Origin: Desulfurivibrionaceae bacterium
Lineage (GTDB): Bacteria > Desulfobacterota > Desulfobulbia > Desulfobulbales > SURF-16
Length of the DNA: 64,000 nucleotides
NCBI GenBank assembly: GCA_031581485.1
Contig: JAVLBA010000001.1
Location: forward strand, 26,440-90,439
Direction of reading: 5' to 3'
Shown here: piece after piece, positions 49,849 through 61,390 of the stretch
How the letters are laid out: the number at the start of each line of letters is the position of its first letter
How positions within the stretch are numbered: position 1 is the first letter of the stretch
Program-made: the position numbers and the translations under genes
Notes under the pieces: model-generated
Told to the model about the DNA's origin: nothing
Seen by the model: the letters and a program-made list of their open reading frames with translations, nothing else
Database searches by the model: none

Positions 49849-51300
49849 ATGGCTGAAATCACCTTGGGGGCATATCCTCAGAAAATCTGTGACAACAAAT
49901 ATTTCTTGCAGCTCTCCAAGGATAAGCTCCATCTCCTCTTGGCTCTCCAGGAGGCGACAGATCTGGAACCTGCTGACTGGCCGGAGGTGAAGGCCATCGC
50001 CTTGGCGGCCGGAGTCTGTCATGGCTTCCATGAGGGGGTGCCCCTCCTGAAGGAGGGCAAGGCGGTGATCGCCACCGGTACCCCTGCCCGCCATGGTGAA
50101 AATGCCAAGGTGCGGCCTCTGGTCAGACCTGCAGTGGTCCAGGACAAAGATGAGGAACAGGCCCGCAATGTCCGGCGGGAGTTTCGTGAGCTGGGCAATA
50201 TCGTTAATGTCCCTGAAGGGCAGCTTCTCCTGGAAAAGATTCCAGCCACCCCCGGGGTTCCGGGCCGTAATGTCCTGGGGGCGGAGATTGCCGCCCGGGA
50301 TGGCAAGGATGTTCATATGAAATGCGGGCCCGGTGTCTCTCTGAGCGAGGACGGCCTGCGGGTCACCTCCACGGTCAAGGGCAAGTTTGTGATGGAGGGG
50401 GGCAAGCCGGCTGTCTATGAGGAGCATGTTGTCCATTCCGACGTTGATCTGAGTGTCGGCAATATCACCTTCAGCGGCAGGCAGCTGGTCATCAAGGGCC
50501 ACGTACTCCCCGGCTTTCGGGTCAAATGTATGGGCAGTATCGACATAAGCGAAGGGGTGAATAACGCCGAAATCATCGCAGGTACTGATCTGAAGATCCG
50601 TGGTGGCCTCATCGGCGATGAGTGCTCGATACGGGTCTGGGGCGATATGGATGTGGATTTCTGCGAAAACACCGGCCCCGTTGAGAGCCGGGGCACCATA
50701 TCCATCGCCGATTTTGTGGTGCAGGGCAATATGAAGGTGGAAAAGGATCTCAAGGCCTTAAGCGGCAAGGGTGCCCTTATTGGCGGCAGATATGTCCTGG
50801 GCGGTTCCCTCTATGCCCTGGAGCTCGGCTCTGATGCAGAGGTGCTCACCGAAATTGTGGTGGGGCTTAATCCCGGCCTTGAGCAGAAGAAGAAAAAAAT
50901 TGAGGAGGCCAAGGGGATTTGGCCACCGCGCCTTACCGAGATGCTGAAGGATATCAGTGCGCTGTCTGCCATGAAAAAGAAAGAGGGTAAGGGTTTTTCG
51001 CCGCAAAACGAGCTGAAACTCAAAAAGCTCAACGGTCTTATGCCCAAGGTCATGGAGGCCAATAATCACCTGGCTGAGCTGGAAGAGAAGCTGGATGCGG
51101 AAATTGAAAAGGCGGCCACTCAAAGTGTCTATGTCTATGGCAGGGTTCATGCCGGCGTCCAGATCACCATCGGCAAGATATGCCGGGTGTTGACCAGCCC
51201 GGAAGAGGGAGTAATTATCGCCTTTGTTCGGGAGAAGCAGGCCATTCATGTGCGGACCATGACCCCCTCAGAACGGGAGTCGGTCGCTCTTGGTGCGTAG
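49849..51300 (+). CDS. FapA (DUF342) family protein
   Basis: IATGTPARHGENA, FRELGNIVNV, DVDLSVGNITFSG, beta-helix repeats, coiled coil. Confidence 0.88.
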   Translation: MAEITLGAYPQKICDNKYFLQLSKDKLHLLLALQEATDLEPADWPEVKAIALAAGVCHGFHEGVPLLKEGKAVIATGTPARHGENAKVRPLVRPAVVQDKDEEQARNVRREFRELGNIVNVPEGQLLLEKIPATPGVPGRNVLGAEIAARDGKDVHMKCGPGVSLSEDGLRVTSTVKGKFVMEGGKPAVYEEHVVHSDVDLSVGNITFSGRQLVIKGHVLPGFRVKCMGSIDISEGVNNAEIIAGTDLKIRGGLIGDECSIRVWGDMDVDFCENTGPVESRGTISIADFVVQGNMKVEKDLKALSGKGALIGGRYVLGGSLYALELGSDAEVLTEIVVGLNPGLEQKKKKIEEAKGIWPPRLTEMLKDISALSAMKKKEGKGFSPQNELKLKKLNGLMPKVMEANNHLAELEEKLDAEIEKAATQSVYVYGRVHAGVQITIGKICRVLTSPEEGVIIAFVREKQAIHVRTMTPSERESVALGA

Positions 51301-51325
51301 ATCCTGATTGTTTTTGATTCCCTTT

Positions 51326-51372
51326 CAAAAAAAAAGTCCAGGTCACCTTGATGGTGATCTGGACTTTTTTTG
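51326..51372. terminator. bidirectional terminator between fapA and pdxJ
   Basis: A9-GTCCAGGTCACC-TTGAT-GGTGATCTGGAC-T7. Confidence 0.85.
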
Positions 51373-51386
51373 TTCTGTAAAGGGGC

Positions 51387-52553
51387 TCAGGCGAAGCGGC
51401 AGACATCCATCATCTCGCGCACTGCCTGATCAAGGCCCACGAAGATGGCCCGGGCCATGATGGCATGACCGATGGAAAGCTCCTCAATGGTGGGCAGGGC
51501 CGCCACCCGGCCGGCATTCACATAGTTGAGGCCGTGGCCGGCATTCACCCGCAGGCCCGCCTCATAGGCCTCTTCCGCGGCCGCGGCGATGAGGTCAAAT
51601 TCCTGGTCTTGCTCCTCGTCGCTGGTGGCATCGGCATAGCGGCCGGTGTGGATCTCCACAAAGGTGGCGCCCACCTCTTTGGCGGCCTGAATCTGGGCGG
51701 AATCAGGATCAATAAAGAGGCTGACCGGGATCTTTTTCTTGGTCAGCCTGGCAATGACCTTCTTGAGGTTGCTCTTTTGGCCAGCCACGTCCAGGCCGCC
51801 CTCGGTGGTCAGCTCCGCCCGTTTTTCCGGGACCAGGGTAACCATGTCCGGTTTGAGCTCCAGGGCAATCTTGATAATCTCTTCGGCTGCTGCCATTTCC
51901 AGGTTGAGCTTGGTCTGCACGGTCTGGCGCAGAATCTCTACGTCGCGGTCCTGTATATGACGCCGGTCTTCCCGGAGATGCACAACGATGCCCACGGCGC
52001 CGGCCAGCTCGGCAATGGCTGCGGCCGTCACCGGGTCGGGTTCTTTGATGCCCCGGGCCTGACGCAGGGTGGCCACGTGGTCGACATTAATGGCGAGTTT
52101 GACCATCTTCTTTCTCCTTGTTGCGAGTGCTTGTACATAGTGGTGTTCGAGGCCAAACATCTCCTCGGCATCGTGGTCCGAACGTTCATGGTCATAACCC
52201 AGGAGGTGGACAAAACCATGGACCAGCAGGGTGGTCAGGTGCTGGTGCAGGGATATCCCTTGCTCCCTGGCCTCTTGGTCGGCAGTGGTGATGGAAATGA
52301 TGATGTCGCCCAGCATGGGGTGCTGCTCAAAATAATCATCACTGCCCTGGGGAAAGGAGAGGACATTGGTGGGTTTATCCTTTTGGCGCCACTGTAGGTT
52401 GATCTCCTGCATGGCCGGATCGTCAACAAGAAGCAGGGAAAGCTCGTGCTCCTTCAGGCCGGCCAGGCAAAGAAGTGCTTCGCCTTTCTGGATGAGGAGG
52501 GCAGGGCAGACCCGGCAGGGGCCACTGTATTTATTGTTGAGCAGGACAGGCAT
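51387..52553 (-). CDS. ybeY-pdxJ: fused YbeY rRNA maturation RNase / pyridoxine 5'-phosphate synthase PdxJ
   Basis: YbeY motifs PTNVLSF and [12 protein letters not shown] run without a stop into Pdx[27 protein letters not shown]. Confidence 0.9.
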   Translation of the reverse strand: MPVLLNNKYSGPCRVCPALLIQKGEALLCLAGLKEHELSLLLVDDPAMQEINLQWRQKDKPTNVLSFPQGSDDYFEQHPMLGDIIISITTADQEAREQGISLHQHLTTLLVHGFVHLLGYDHERSDHDAEEMFGLEHHYVQALATRRKKMVKLAINVDHVATLRQARGIKEPDPVTAAAIAELAGAVGIVVHLREDRRHIQDRDVEILRQTVQTKLNLEMAAAEEIIKIALELKPDMVTLVPEKRAELTTEGGLDVAGQKSNLKKVIARLTKKKIPVSLFIDPDSAQIQAAKEVGATFVEIHTGRYADATSDEEQDQEFDLIAAAAEEAYEAGLRVNAGHGLNYVNAGRVAALPTIEELSIGHAIMARAIFVGLDQAVREMMDVCRFA

Positions 52554-52557
52554 AGAG

Positions 52558-53552
<995 letters not shown>

Positions 53553-53556
<4 letters not shown>

Positions 53557-54407
53557 TCTTTTTCCATCTCTGCATCAATCATCGACTGGATGACCGCCAT
53601 ATTGCGGGTCTGGACGCGGTGACCATTGACAAAGATGGCCGGGGTGCCGGTGACTTGGGCCTCTTTGCCGTTCTTGATATCCGCTATCAGCTGCTGGCGG
53701 GCCTGGGGGCTCCGCCGGTCACGGTTGAAGGCCGTCAGGTCAAGGTCCAGGGTGGCGGCAAAGGCCTCATAACTCTCAGGGGCCAGTGTCTTGTGGTTTG
53801 CAAAGAGCAGGTCGTGATACTGCCAGAATTTCCCCTGGTTGTGGGCGGCAATAGATGCCAGGGCCGCTTCCTGGGCCTGGGCATGAAAACTCAAGGGAAA
53901 ATGTTTGAAGACGATCTTTACGGTGTCTGGATTCTGCTCGAGCACCTGCTCGAGTAACGCCCCGGCCTGGGCGCAGTGGGGTCATTGGAAATCGCTGAAC
54001 ACCACCACAGCTACAGGGGCATCAGGGTTGCCCAGGAAGGGGCTGCCCGTGGTGTCGATCTGGGCCACCAGGCTGAAGGAGAGCTTCTGAATCTGGCCGG
54101 TGGCCGAGTTGCTGACAAAGAGCTGCTCAGGCACCCCTGCCTTTTGAAAGCCGCTGAGAAAGACGGTGTCCATGCCGTCGGCAACTTTCAGGGTCCCCTG
54201 GGACGTGCCGGCGGCATCGTACATCACCAGTTCGCCGGCCTGGGTGAGGACAAAGAGGCTGGTGCCGTCAAAGGATATTGCCATGTCCCGGATGGCCGTC
54301 TTGGTCTCAATGGTCTGGTCAACGGACCAATCAATGGCCGCTAAGGCCGGAACAGGAAAACAGAGGGCAGCAAGGATGACAAGAACATACCGCTGTAGTT
54401 TCTTCAT
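53553..54407 (-). CDS. DsbA-like thioredoxin-fold selenoprotein (UPHC active site, in-frame TGA at 53984-53982)
   Basis: The two ORF-track pieces are in one frame: GNPDAPVAVVVFSDFQ-TGA-PHC...KHFPL...VTGTPA; GC hairpin just after the TGA. Confidence 0.85.
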
Positions 54408-54446
54408 AGACTCTCCTTCAATTTTTAAAAACGAAAATACAAAATA

Positions 54447-55640
54447 TCAATCTCTGATTATTTTGGCAAGGAAAACGGCAAGATGCTCTGCTCTCAGGGG
54501 GCTCTTGGCCCGGGCCAGGCCCTGTTGCCATTGCAGAAGGCAGCCGCTACAGGTGGTGACCACTAACCCCTGGGAAAGTTCCGCCAGGGGGGCTAAGGCC
54601 CTGCTGAAAATATCCCGGGAAATATCAGGGTTGGTCAGGTGAAAGAGGCCGCCCTGGCCGCAGCATTGGGCCGGGAGGGAGAGCGGCGGCGCGCCGTTTA
54701 GTTGGGTAAGCAGCTGGCGCGGCTCTTTGGTGACCTGGCAGGGGCCAAAGCGGAGGTGGCAGGGATCATGGTAATAAAGGGTTTCAGCGGGCCTGCTGGT
54801 GGAGAGCTCCTCCTGGGCCAGGAAAAAGGTGGAAAATTCCTGGATACGACTGGCAAAGGCCGTGGCCTTGCCGTGCATCTCCGGGTCATCGGTAAAAAGT
54901 GTCGGGTAGCTCTTGAGATGACTGGTGCAGGAGGCGCAGGAGGTGAGGATGGGGCCGGCAGTACCCTCCGCAAAGGCCTTGATGTTTCTTCTGGCTGCGG
55001 TCTTTGCCTCTTGCTCGGATCCGGAAACATGGGAGGCCAGGCCGCAGCAGGTGAGGGCAGCGGGAGTGTGGAGTTCAAAGCCGCAGTGGCCGGCCATAAT
55101 TGCAGTGGCCTTTGTTATCTCCTTATAGAGATGTTGGGCCAGACAGCCGGGGAAATAGGCCAGCATCCGGGGGCTCTCCTTTTTGGGAAGAGCGGGAAGG
55201 GGGGAGGGGGCGGCCAGGGTCGGGGCCAGCAGATCAAGACGTTTTCGCAGGCCGCTCGCCTTGGGCAGCGTGGCCAACAGGGCGGCCAGTGCCTTGGAGC
55301 CCCCTTCCTGGAGCAGGGGCGTGGCCAGCACCTTTTTGGTGAGGAATTTGGCAAAGCCGTGCGGGTCACGGCCAAAGGGCTGCCTGGCCCGCCAGGCACG
55401 GATATCCTCGCTGGGCCTCAGGTTGCGGGGGCAGGCCGCATCGCAGGCCCCGCATTGCAGACACTTGGCCAACAGGTCGTTAAAATAGGCGGAGTCAAAA
55501 GAAGCGCCTGCCTTGAAGAGATGAAGTTTGCCGCGGGCGGTGTGCGATTCCCGGCCGGTGCTCTGGAAAACGGGGCAGACAGGGGTGCAGGCCCCGCATT
55601 TTGCACAGGTCGATGCTTTTATTTCTGGTTGCCCTGCCAT
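54447..55640 (-). CDS. GlcF/HdrD-like Fe-S oxidoreductase with CCG domains
   Basis: CAKCGACTPVCP, CLQCGACDAACP, CCG twice, YHDPCHL. Confidence 0.88.
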   Translation of the reverse strand: MAGQPEIKASTCAKCGACTPVCPVFQSTGRESHTARGKLHLFKAGASFDSAYFNDLLAKCLQCGACDAACPRNLRPSEDIRAWRARQPFGRDPHGFAKFLTKKVLATPLLQEGGSKALAALLATLPKASGLRKRLDLLAPTLAAPSPLPALPKKESPRMLAYFPGCLAQHLYKEITKATAIMAGHCGFELHTPAALTCCGLASHVSGSEQEAKTAARRNIKAFAEGTAGPILTSCASCTSHLKSYPTLFTDDPEMHGKATAFASRIQEFSTFFLAQEELSTSRPAETLYYHDPCHLRFGPCQVTKEPRQLLTQLNGAPPLSLPAQCCGQGGLFHLTNPDISRDIFSRALAPLAELSQGLVVTTCSGCLLQWQQGLARAKSPLRAEHLAVFLAKIIRD

Positions 55641-56723
55641 AGGAGGTAGGCCTTGATAAAGGGATAGAGGTTGCCATCCAGGACGGCATCGACATTACCG
55701 CTTTCCTGGTTGGTGCGGTGGTCCTTGACCAGGCGATAGGGCTGCATCACATAGGAGCGGATCTGGCTGCCCCAGGCGATCTCTTTTTTCTCGCCGCTGA
55801 TTTCATCATGCTGTTCCTGCTGCAGCCCCTGCTCCCTTTCATAGAGGCGGGTCTTCAGCATCTTCATGGCCGTATCCTTGTTGCGGTGCTGGGAACGTTC
55901 ATTCTGACACTGGACCACAATATTGGTGGGGATGTGGGTGATGCGGATTGCCGAGCTTGTCTTGTTGATATGCTGGCCGCCGGCACCGCTGGCCCGATAG
56001 GTGTCGACCCGGATGTCCTTGTCGTTAATCTCCACTTCAATGTCGTCCTCAAGCTCCGGAAAGACAAAGACCGAGGCAAAGGAGGTGTGGCGCCTGCCAC
56101 TGGCGTCAAAGGGGGAGATGCGGACCAGACGGTGGATGCCCATCTCGGAACGGAGGTAGCCGTAGGCATACTTGCCCCTGATCATCACGGTGACGCTTTT
56201 GACCCCAGCCTCGTCGCCGGGCTGGAGATCGAGAATGTCGGCGGAAAATTTTTTCTTTTCGCTCCAGCGCAGATACATGCGCAGCAGGATATCGGTCCAG
56301 TCCTGGGCCTCGGTGCCGCCGGCCCCGGCATGAATGGTGAGCATGGCATTGCTGTTGTCATGCTCTCCGCTGAACATGCATTCCAGCTCAAAGTCATCCA
56401 GCCGTTTGCCCAGGGCCGCTATGACCTCGGCCGCCTCCTGTTCCGTGTCCGCGTCCTCTTCTTCTGTGGCCAGTTCCAGAAGAATTTCGGCATCTTCAAC
56501 CATATCGTAACAAGCCTGCCAGCTGTCAATGGGATACTGCAGCTGACCAATACCAATCTGGGTCTGGCGGGCCTTGTCCGGATCATCCCAAAAAGCCGGA
56601 TTCGCGGTCTGATGTTCAAGCTCAGCGAGTTCTCTCTGCTTGCCGGCTAAGTCAAAGATGCACCTTTAAGGAGAGGAGGAGATCTTTGTATTCTTGAAGT
56701 TTCTGTTGAAGTTCTGCTGACAT
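55619..56723 (-). CDS. prfB: peptide chain release factor 2 (programmed +1 frameshift at CTT TGA C)
   Basis: 23-codon first frame ends CAT CTT TGA C; the +1 frame contains SPF and GGQ motifs. Confidence 0.95.
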
Positions 56724-56852
56724 GTCTTTTAGATCCTGCCGGTCAAGGCTTTTGGGCCGAGTCGGCACTGGTAAGGGGAGGAAGAATTTTACCCAAGCAT
56801 GGAGAATAATGAGTGCATCATATACCCAAAATGGTCTTGGTCCGTCAATTAT

Positions 56853-58376
56853 TTACTTTTTCCGCCTTTTTTTTACAAAAAGGGCCAGGAAAAAGAGGGT
56901 GACGGTGACACAGAGGAGGGGGAAGGCAAAACCGATCCTGGTGAAAAAGGTGGTGGAGGAGAGCAGAGGCAGGCTGGCGCTCAGATAGCCCGGCTCAAAG
57001 AGGCCGGTGTGGTCCACAATTTCGCCGGTGGGCAGAATGAGGGCGGAAATGCCGGTATTGGCGGCCCGGGCCATGCTCCTTCTGTTTTCAATGGTGCGGA
57101 AGATGGCCATGGCCAGATGCTGGTCAGGGGCGCTTGACCTGCCAAACCAGGCATCGTTGGTGATGTTGGCAAGCAGGGTCGCTCCCTGGGCCGTTTCCCG
57201 GCGGGCCAGGTCCGGATAGATCGCCTCGATGCAGATAAGCACCCCGATTTGAGCGGCCCCCATGTCAAGGGGGGCGCCGGAGGTGCCGGCGGAAAAATCA
57301 CCCATGCCTTCCACCAGGGGCCTGGGGATGGGCAGGATGGAGCGCAGGGGGATATATTCGCCAAAGGGCACCAGGTGCTGCTTGAAATAGATCTCTGTCC
57401 TGCCCTGCGGAGAGAGGAGCAGGGCGCTGTTGTAGTAGGCATACTCTGTCTGGCGGCGCACCACATAGGGGGCGCCGGTAAGGAGGTGGAAGGGGGCGCT
57501 TAAGACGGTCTCCTTTTCCACCCGGGCCATGAGGGGATCAATATTGGGGTAAAAGGGGAGGGCGGTCTCCGGCCAGATCACCAGCTCGGCATCGCTCTCC
57601 TTACGGGCCTGGCGGGTAAGCTGCAGGTAGCGCTCCACGTTTGGTTCCTTGAGATCATCCTGCCATTTCAGGGTCTGCTCAATGTTGGCCTGAACCACCG
57701 CGACCTTGAGTGCCGGCTGACCGGGCAGCTCTGCTTTGACCTGAGAGAACCGGATCCCTGAATAGGTGAGGCTCAGGAGGATAAGGGCGGCAGCGGCCAG
57801 CCACTCTTTCTTTCTCTGGTGGCCCGGTTCCCTGTTGAGGAAAAAGTGGGCAAGAAGGGCGTTGGTCAGAACCAGAATAAAGGTGATGCCATGATGGCCG
57901 GTGAGGTCGGCCCCCTGAATCAGCAGCGGGGAGCCATATTGGCTGTAGCCCAGATCCATCCAGGGAAAGCCGGTGAGAAAAAGACCGCGGCCATAGTCGA
58001 GGCTCACCCAGAGCACAGGGGCAAACCAGAGCAGAGAAAGCCTCTTTCTGGTCTTGCTCACCAGGAAACAAAAAAGGGCGAAATAGAGGGCCATATAGAG
58101 GGCCAGCAGGAAAAGAGCCGGCCAGGCGAGTTGGGGCGGCAGACCGCCATAGGTCTCCATGGAGATGGTTACCCAGTAGAGGAGCAGGAGGTGGTAGAGG
58201 GTGCCGCTGATCAGGCCCCACAGCGCTGCTTGAGCCGGCCTACTTCGGTGGCAGAAGAGGAGAAGCGGCACCAGGGCGAACCAGGCCAGAAAGGCCAGGC
58301 CCGGCCCCGGGGAGGCAAGGTAGAGAAGGAGTACGGAAATAAAGGGCAGAAGAGCGGTTAACATAAAGTATCCCAA
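56853..58376 (-). CDS. lnt: apolipoprotein N-acyltransferase
   Basis: TGFPW, WPETA, KQHLVPFGEYIP, ICIEA, TNDAWFG, RAANTGIS. Confidence 0.95.
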   Translation of the reverse strand: MGYFMLTALLPFISVLLLYLASPGPGLAFLAWFALVPLLLFCHRSRPAQAALWGLISGTLYHLLLLYWVTISMETYGGLPPQLAWPALFLLALYMALYFALFCFLVSKTRKRLSLLWFAPVLWVSLDYGRGLFLTGFPWMDLGYSQYGSPLLIQGADLTGHHGITFILVLTNALLAHFFLNREPGHQRKKEWLAAAALILLSLTYSGIRFSQVKAELPGQPALKVAVVQANIEQTLKWQDDLKEPNVERYLQLTRQARKESDAELVIWPETALPFYPNIDPLMARVEKETVLSAPFHLLTGAPYVVRRQTEYAYYNSALLLSPQGRTEIYFKQHLVPFGEYIPLRSILPIPRPLVEGMGDFSAGTSGAPLDMGAAQIGVLICIEAIYPDLARRETAQGATLLANITNDAWFGRSSAPDQHLAMAIFRTIENRRSMARAANTGISALILPTGEIVDHTGLFEPGYLSASLPLLSSTTFFTRIGFAFPLLCVTVTLFFLALFVKKRRKK

Positions 58377-58474
58377 TTGGTGGCCCCATCGGCAAAGCAG
58401 GCGGCTTCAGTCATGGCTGCGGGGCCGGCGCGGACAAGAGCAGGGGAGATCCGTCTTGTTTCAGAAGGCGGGGT

Positions 58475-59326
58475 TTACTCTTTTTTGAGGTCCGTATGGA
58501 TTTTCACCATCTTGATCCGCCGTTTATCCGCCTTGAGCACGGTGAGGGTGAGAGGGGGGTATTCCACAGTGGCCCCTTGTTCCGGGATGCGGCCCTGCTG
58601 GTCAATGATAAAGCCGCCGATGGATTCATATGCTCCTTCCGGGAATTCAATGTCGAAATATTCCTCAATATCCTCAATATCGATCTTGGCATTGGTGACC
58701 ACGGTCTGGTCGTCAATCACCCGCCACAGGTTTTCCGGTTTGTCCGACTCGTCAGCGATTTCTCCGACAATTTCCTCCAGAATATCCTCCAGGGTAACAA
58801 GGCCGCGGGTGGCGCCGAATTCGTCGGTGACAATGGCCAGATGGGTGTTGTTGGCCTGAAAGTCCTGGAGAAGGGCCATGACCTTGTCGTTTTCGTTGAC
58901 AAAGATCATCGGGGTCAGCAGGGGGGCGATATCGGTGAGCGGCGGCGTATCCGGGCAGTGCAGCAGATCCTTGGCATGGACAAAGCCTTCGATCTTATCC
59001 GGAGAATCGTCATAGACCGGAATGCGGGAAAAACCATATCTGGTGATGAGTTTAATGATATGGCAGGGCGATGAGGTGATGGGGGCCGAGATAATCTCGG
59101 TGGCAGGGGTCATGATCTCTTTGATCCGGGTATCTCTGAATTCAAAGATGGAAGTGAGCATCTCTCCCTCAATGCTGCTGATCAGGCCGTGTTCTTCGCC
59201 TTCTTCAATGAGTTCCTGGAGTTCGGTACTCAGATCGCCGGCCGGATCACTACTATCGGCGAGGCCGAGAAGGTGCAGGATTTTTCTGATAAGGGAGGGG
59301 GGGGAGGGTGTTGAATTGTCGGGCAT
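58475..59326 (-). CDS. CorC/HlyC CBS-domain protein
   Basis: IMTP, FSRIPVY, DEFGATRGLVTLEDILEEIVGEI, CorC_HlyC tail. Confidence 0.9.
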   Translation of the reverse strand: MPDNSTPSPPSLIRKILHLLGLADSSDPAGDLSTELQELIEEGEEHGLISSIEGEMLTSIFEFRDTRIKEIMTPATEIISAPITSSPCHIIKLITRYGFSRIPVYDDSPDKIEGFVHAKDLLHCPDTPPLTDIAPLLTPMIFVNENDKVMALLQDFQANNTHLAIVTDEFGATRGLVTLEDILEEIVGEIADESDKPENLWRVIDDQTVVTNAKIDIEDIEEYFDIEFPEGAYESIGGFIIDQQGRIPEQGATVEYPPLTLTVLKADKRRIKMVKIHTDLKKE

Positions 59327-59517
59327 AAGAGTTGGGATACGACCTCGGCTGAAAATGGCAGCCATGTCAAGAGACAGGTTGGGTAATCTTGAAATGGTTG
59401 AAATAATTATATTATAAATGAAAAGAGAATGTTTAGTTGCCGCAGCAAAGAAGGGAAATTTACAAAACATAAATATAAGAAGAGCAGGGCCAAAAAGCCA
59501 GCTAATTTACAAAAAAA

Positions 59518-59546
59518 TTGACCAAGGCCCCTGAAAAAGGTATAAG
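59518..59546 (+). promoter_or_regulatory. sigma70-type promoter for the acc cluster
   Basis: TTGACC-17 nt-TATAAG. Confidence 0.55.
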
Positions 59547-59795
59547 CTCAGCTGCTTTTTTTATAAGGAAAGAGCTCTTTCTGCTGGCTGGAAATGATAC
59601 CTTTGACCGCTGAGGCGCGCTCCTGCCCCCATAATGGGACCTGCCTTTACTCCCTTCTGCTGAGCTGGTAGGATGGGACCTTCAAGGGTACAAAACGAAT
59701 GCACATATTTTTTTGACATCACTTTCGTTCCCCATACTGAAATATATTTTTAACCATGCCCTCTCAGGCAGATCCTACTTTACCCGAGGTTCATT

Positions 59796-61202
59796 TTGAA
59801 AGCTAAGGTATTGATTGCAAATAGAGGTGAGATCGCCATCAGGATAGCCAATGCCTGTGTGGATCTTGGTCTTGATTTTGTGATGATCTATACGGATCCG
59901 GACAAGGAATCCGAGCATGTCCGTCGTTATGCGGACGCCGCCGGCGCCGGCAAGAAGGTGTGGCGGGTCTCCAGCTACACCGACCCCAATGAAATACTCT
60001 CCATTGCCGATCATACCGGCTGTACCGCCATTCATCCAGGATACGGCTTTTTCTCAGAGGATTTCCGGTTTGCCCGCCGAGTCACCCTGCGGGATCGGCC
60101 CCTGATCTTTATCGGCCCGAAATGGGAAGTGATCAGGGACCTCGGCGACAAGATTAATACCAAAAAGGTGGCAAACAGCCTTGGTATCCCCACCATTCCA
60201 GGCACCTCGGCCCCCATTTATAATGAAATGGAGGCCGAGGCCATTGCCGCCAAGCTCCTGAGTGATCAGGAAGAAGAGGGTATTGCCAGCCCTTCCATCC
60301 TGGTGAAGGCAGCTGCCGGCGGCGGCGGTATGGGGATTGAAGAGGTGAACCGGATCGAGCAGTTTCGGCGCACCTATCGGCAGGTCAAGAATTACGCCAA
60401 GCGTCAGTTTGGTGATGGCGGCGTCCTTATTGAGCAATGCCTGCGTGATTATAATCATCTTGAGGTGCAGATCCTCTGTTCCCAGCACGGGGAACGGCTC
60501 CATTTCGGCACCAGAAACTGCACCATCCAGTCCACAGGCCGTCAGAAAAGGCTGGAGGCGGCTCCCGGCTTTGACAACAGCTGCTTTGCCTATGCATTTG
60601 ATGCCCACAAGGTCCTGGAGCAGATCGTTGACTACTCCCTTAAGCTGGCCAGCCATGTCCACTATGATAATGTCGGCACCTGGGAGTGGATCGTGGCCCG
60701 CAACGGCCAGCCCTATCTTCTTGAAGTAAACACCCGTATCCAGGTTGAAAACGATGTCTCTGCCCGGATTTCCTACTATAAGAAGAAGCACCCCAATCTG
60801 ATTCGGGAACAGATCAGGGTCGCCCTGGGAGAGAAGATCGGCTACAGCCAGCGCCGGATCGAGTTCAAGGGGGCCTGCATCGAATTCCGTATTGTTGCCG
60901 AGGATACCAGCCGTGATTTTGCGCCCTGGATCGGTACCATCAATACCTTTAAATTTCCGGAGCATTCCTGGTCGGCACTCTACACCCAGGTGCCCACGGA
61001 CCGGTCCTATGCCATTCCCAGTGATTTTGATCCCAACCTGGCCCTGGCCCTGGTCTGGGGCAGCTCCATTGCCGATGCCAAGGAGCGGGGCTTGCGTTTT
61101 CTGGATCAGGTCACCATTGAAGGAGAGACCAGCACTGGTGAGCCAATGATGACTAACATTGAGTATTTAAAGGAGAATATTGACAGGTTGTTGACCTTTT
61201 AG
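59796..61202 (+). CDS. accC: biotin carboxylase
   Basis: KVLIANRGEIA, HPGYGF, KAAAGGGG, LEVNTRIQVE. Confidence 0.9.
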   Translation: MKAKVLIANRGEIAIRIANACVDLGLDFVMIYTDPDKESEHVRRYADAAGAGKKVWRVSSYTDPNEILSIADHTGCTAIHPGYGFFSEDFRFARRVTLRDRPLIFIGPKWEVIRDLGDKINTKKVANSLGIPTIPGTSAPIYNEMEAEAIAAKLLSDQEEEGIASPSILVKAAAGGGGMGIEEVNRIEQFRRTYRQVKNYAKRQFGDGGVLIEQCLRDYNHLEVQILCSQHGERLHFGTRNCTIQSTGRQKRLEAAPGFDNSCFAYAFDAHKVLEQIVDYSLKLASHVHYDNVGTWEWIVARNGQPYLLEVNTRIQVENDVSARISYYKKKHPNLIREQIRVALGEKIGYSQRRIEFKGACIEFRIVAEDTSRDFAPWIGTINTFKFPEHSWSALYTQVPTDRSYAIPSDFDPNLALALVWGSSIADAKERGLRFLDQVTIEGETSTGEPMMTNIEYLKENIDRLLTF

Positions 61203-61390
61203 ATTCCGGGCTGCGTGGTGATTGCCTGCACAAGAGGTGAGGCTGCCCAGGGACAATGCGCCAGCAGTGAGTGATTGTAAAGCTGGAAAGGGCCTTGGTC
61301 CCCGAAGGGGCGAGGCATGAACGGCCAGCACTGCTGGTTCAAGAATAGTGCGCGAGCACTATTTGTAAAAAAACACCTGTTTTATATCTT

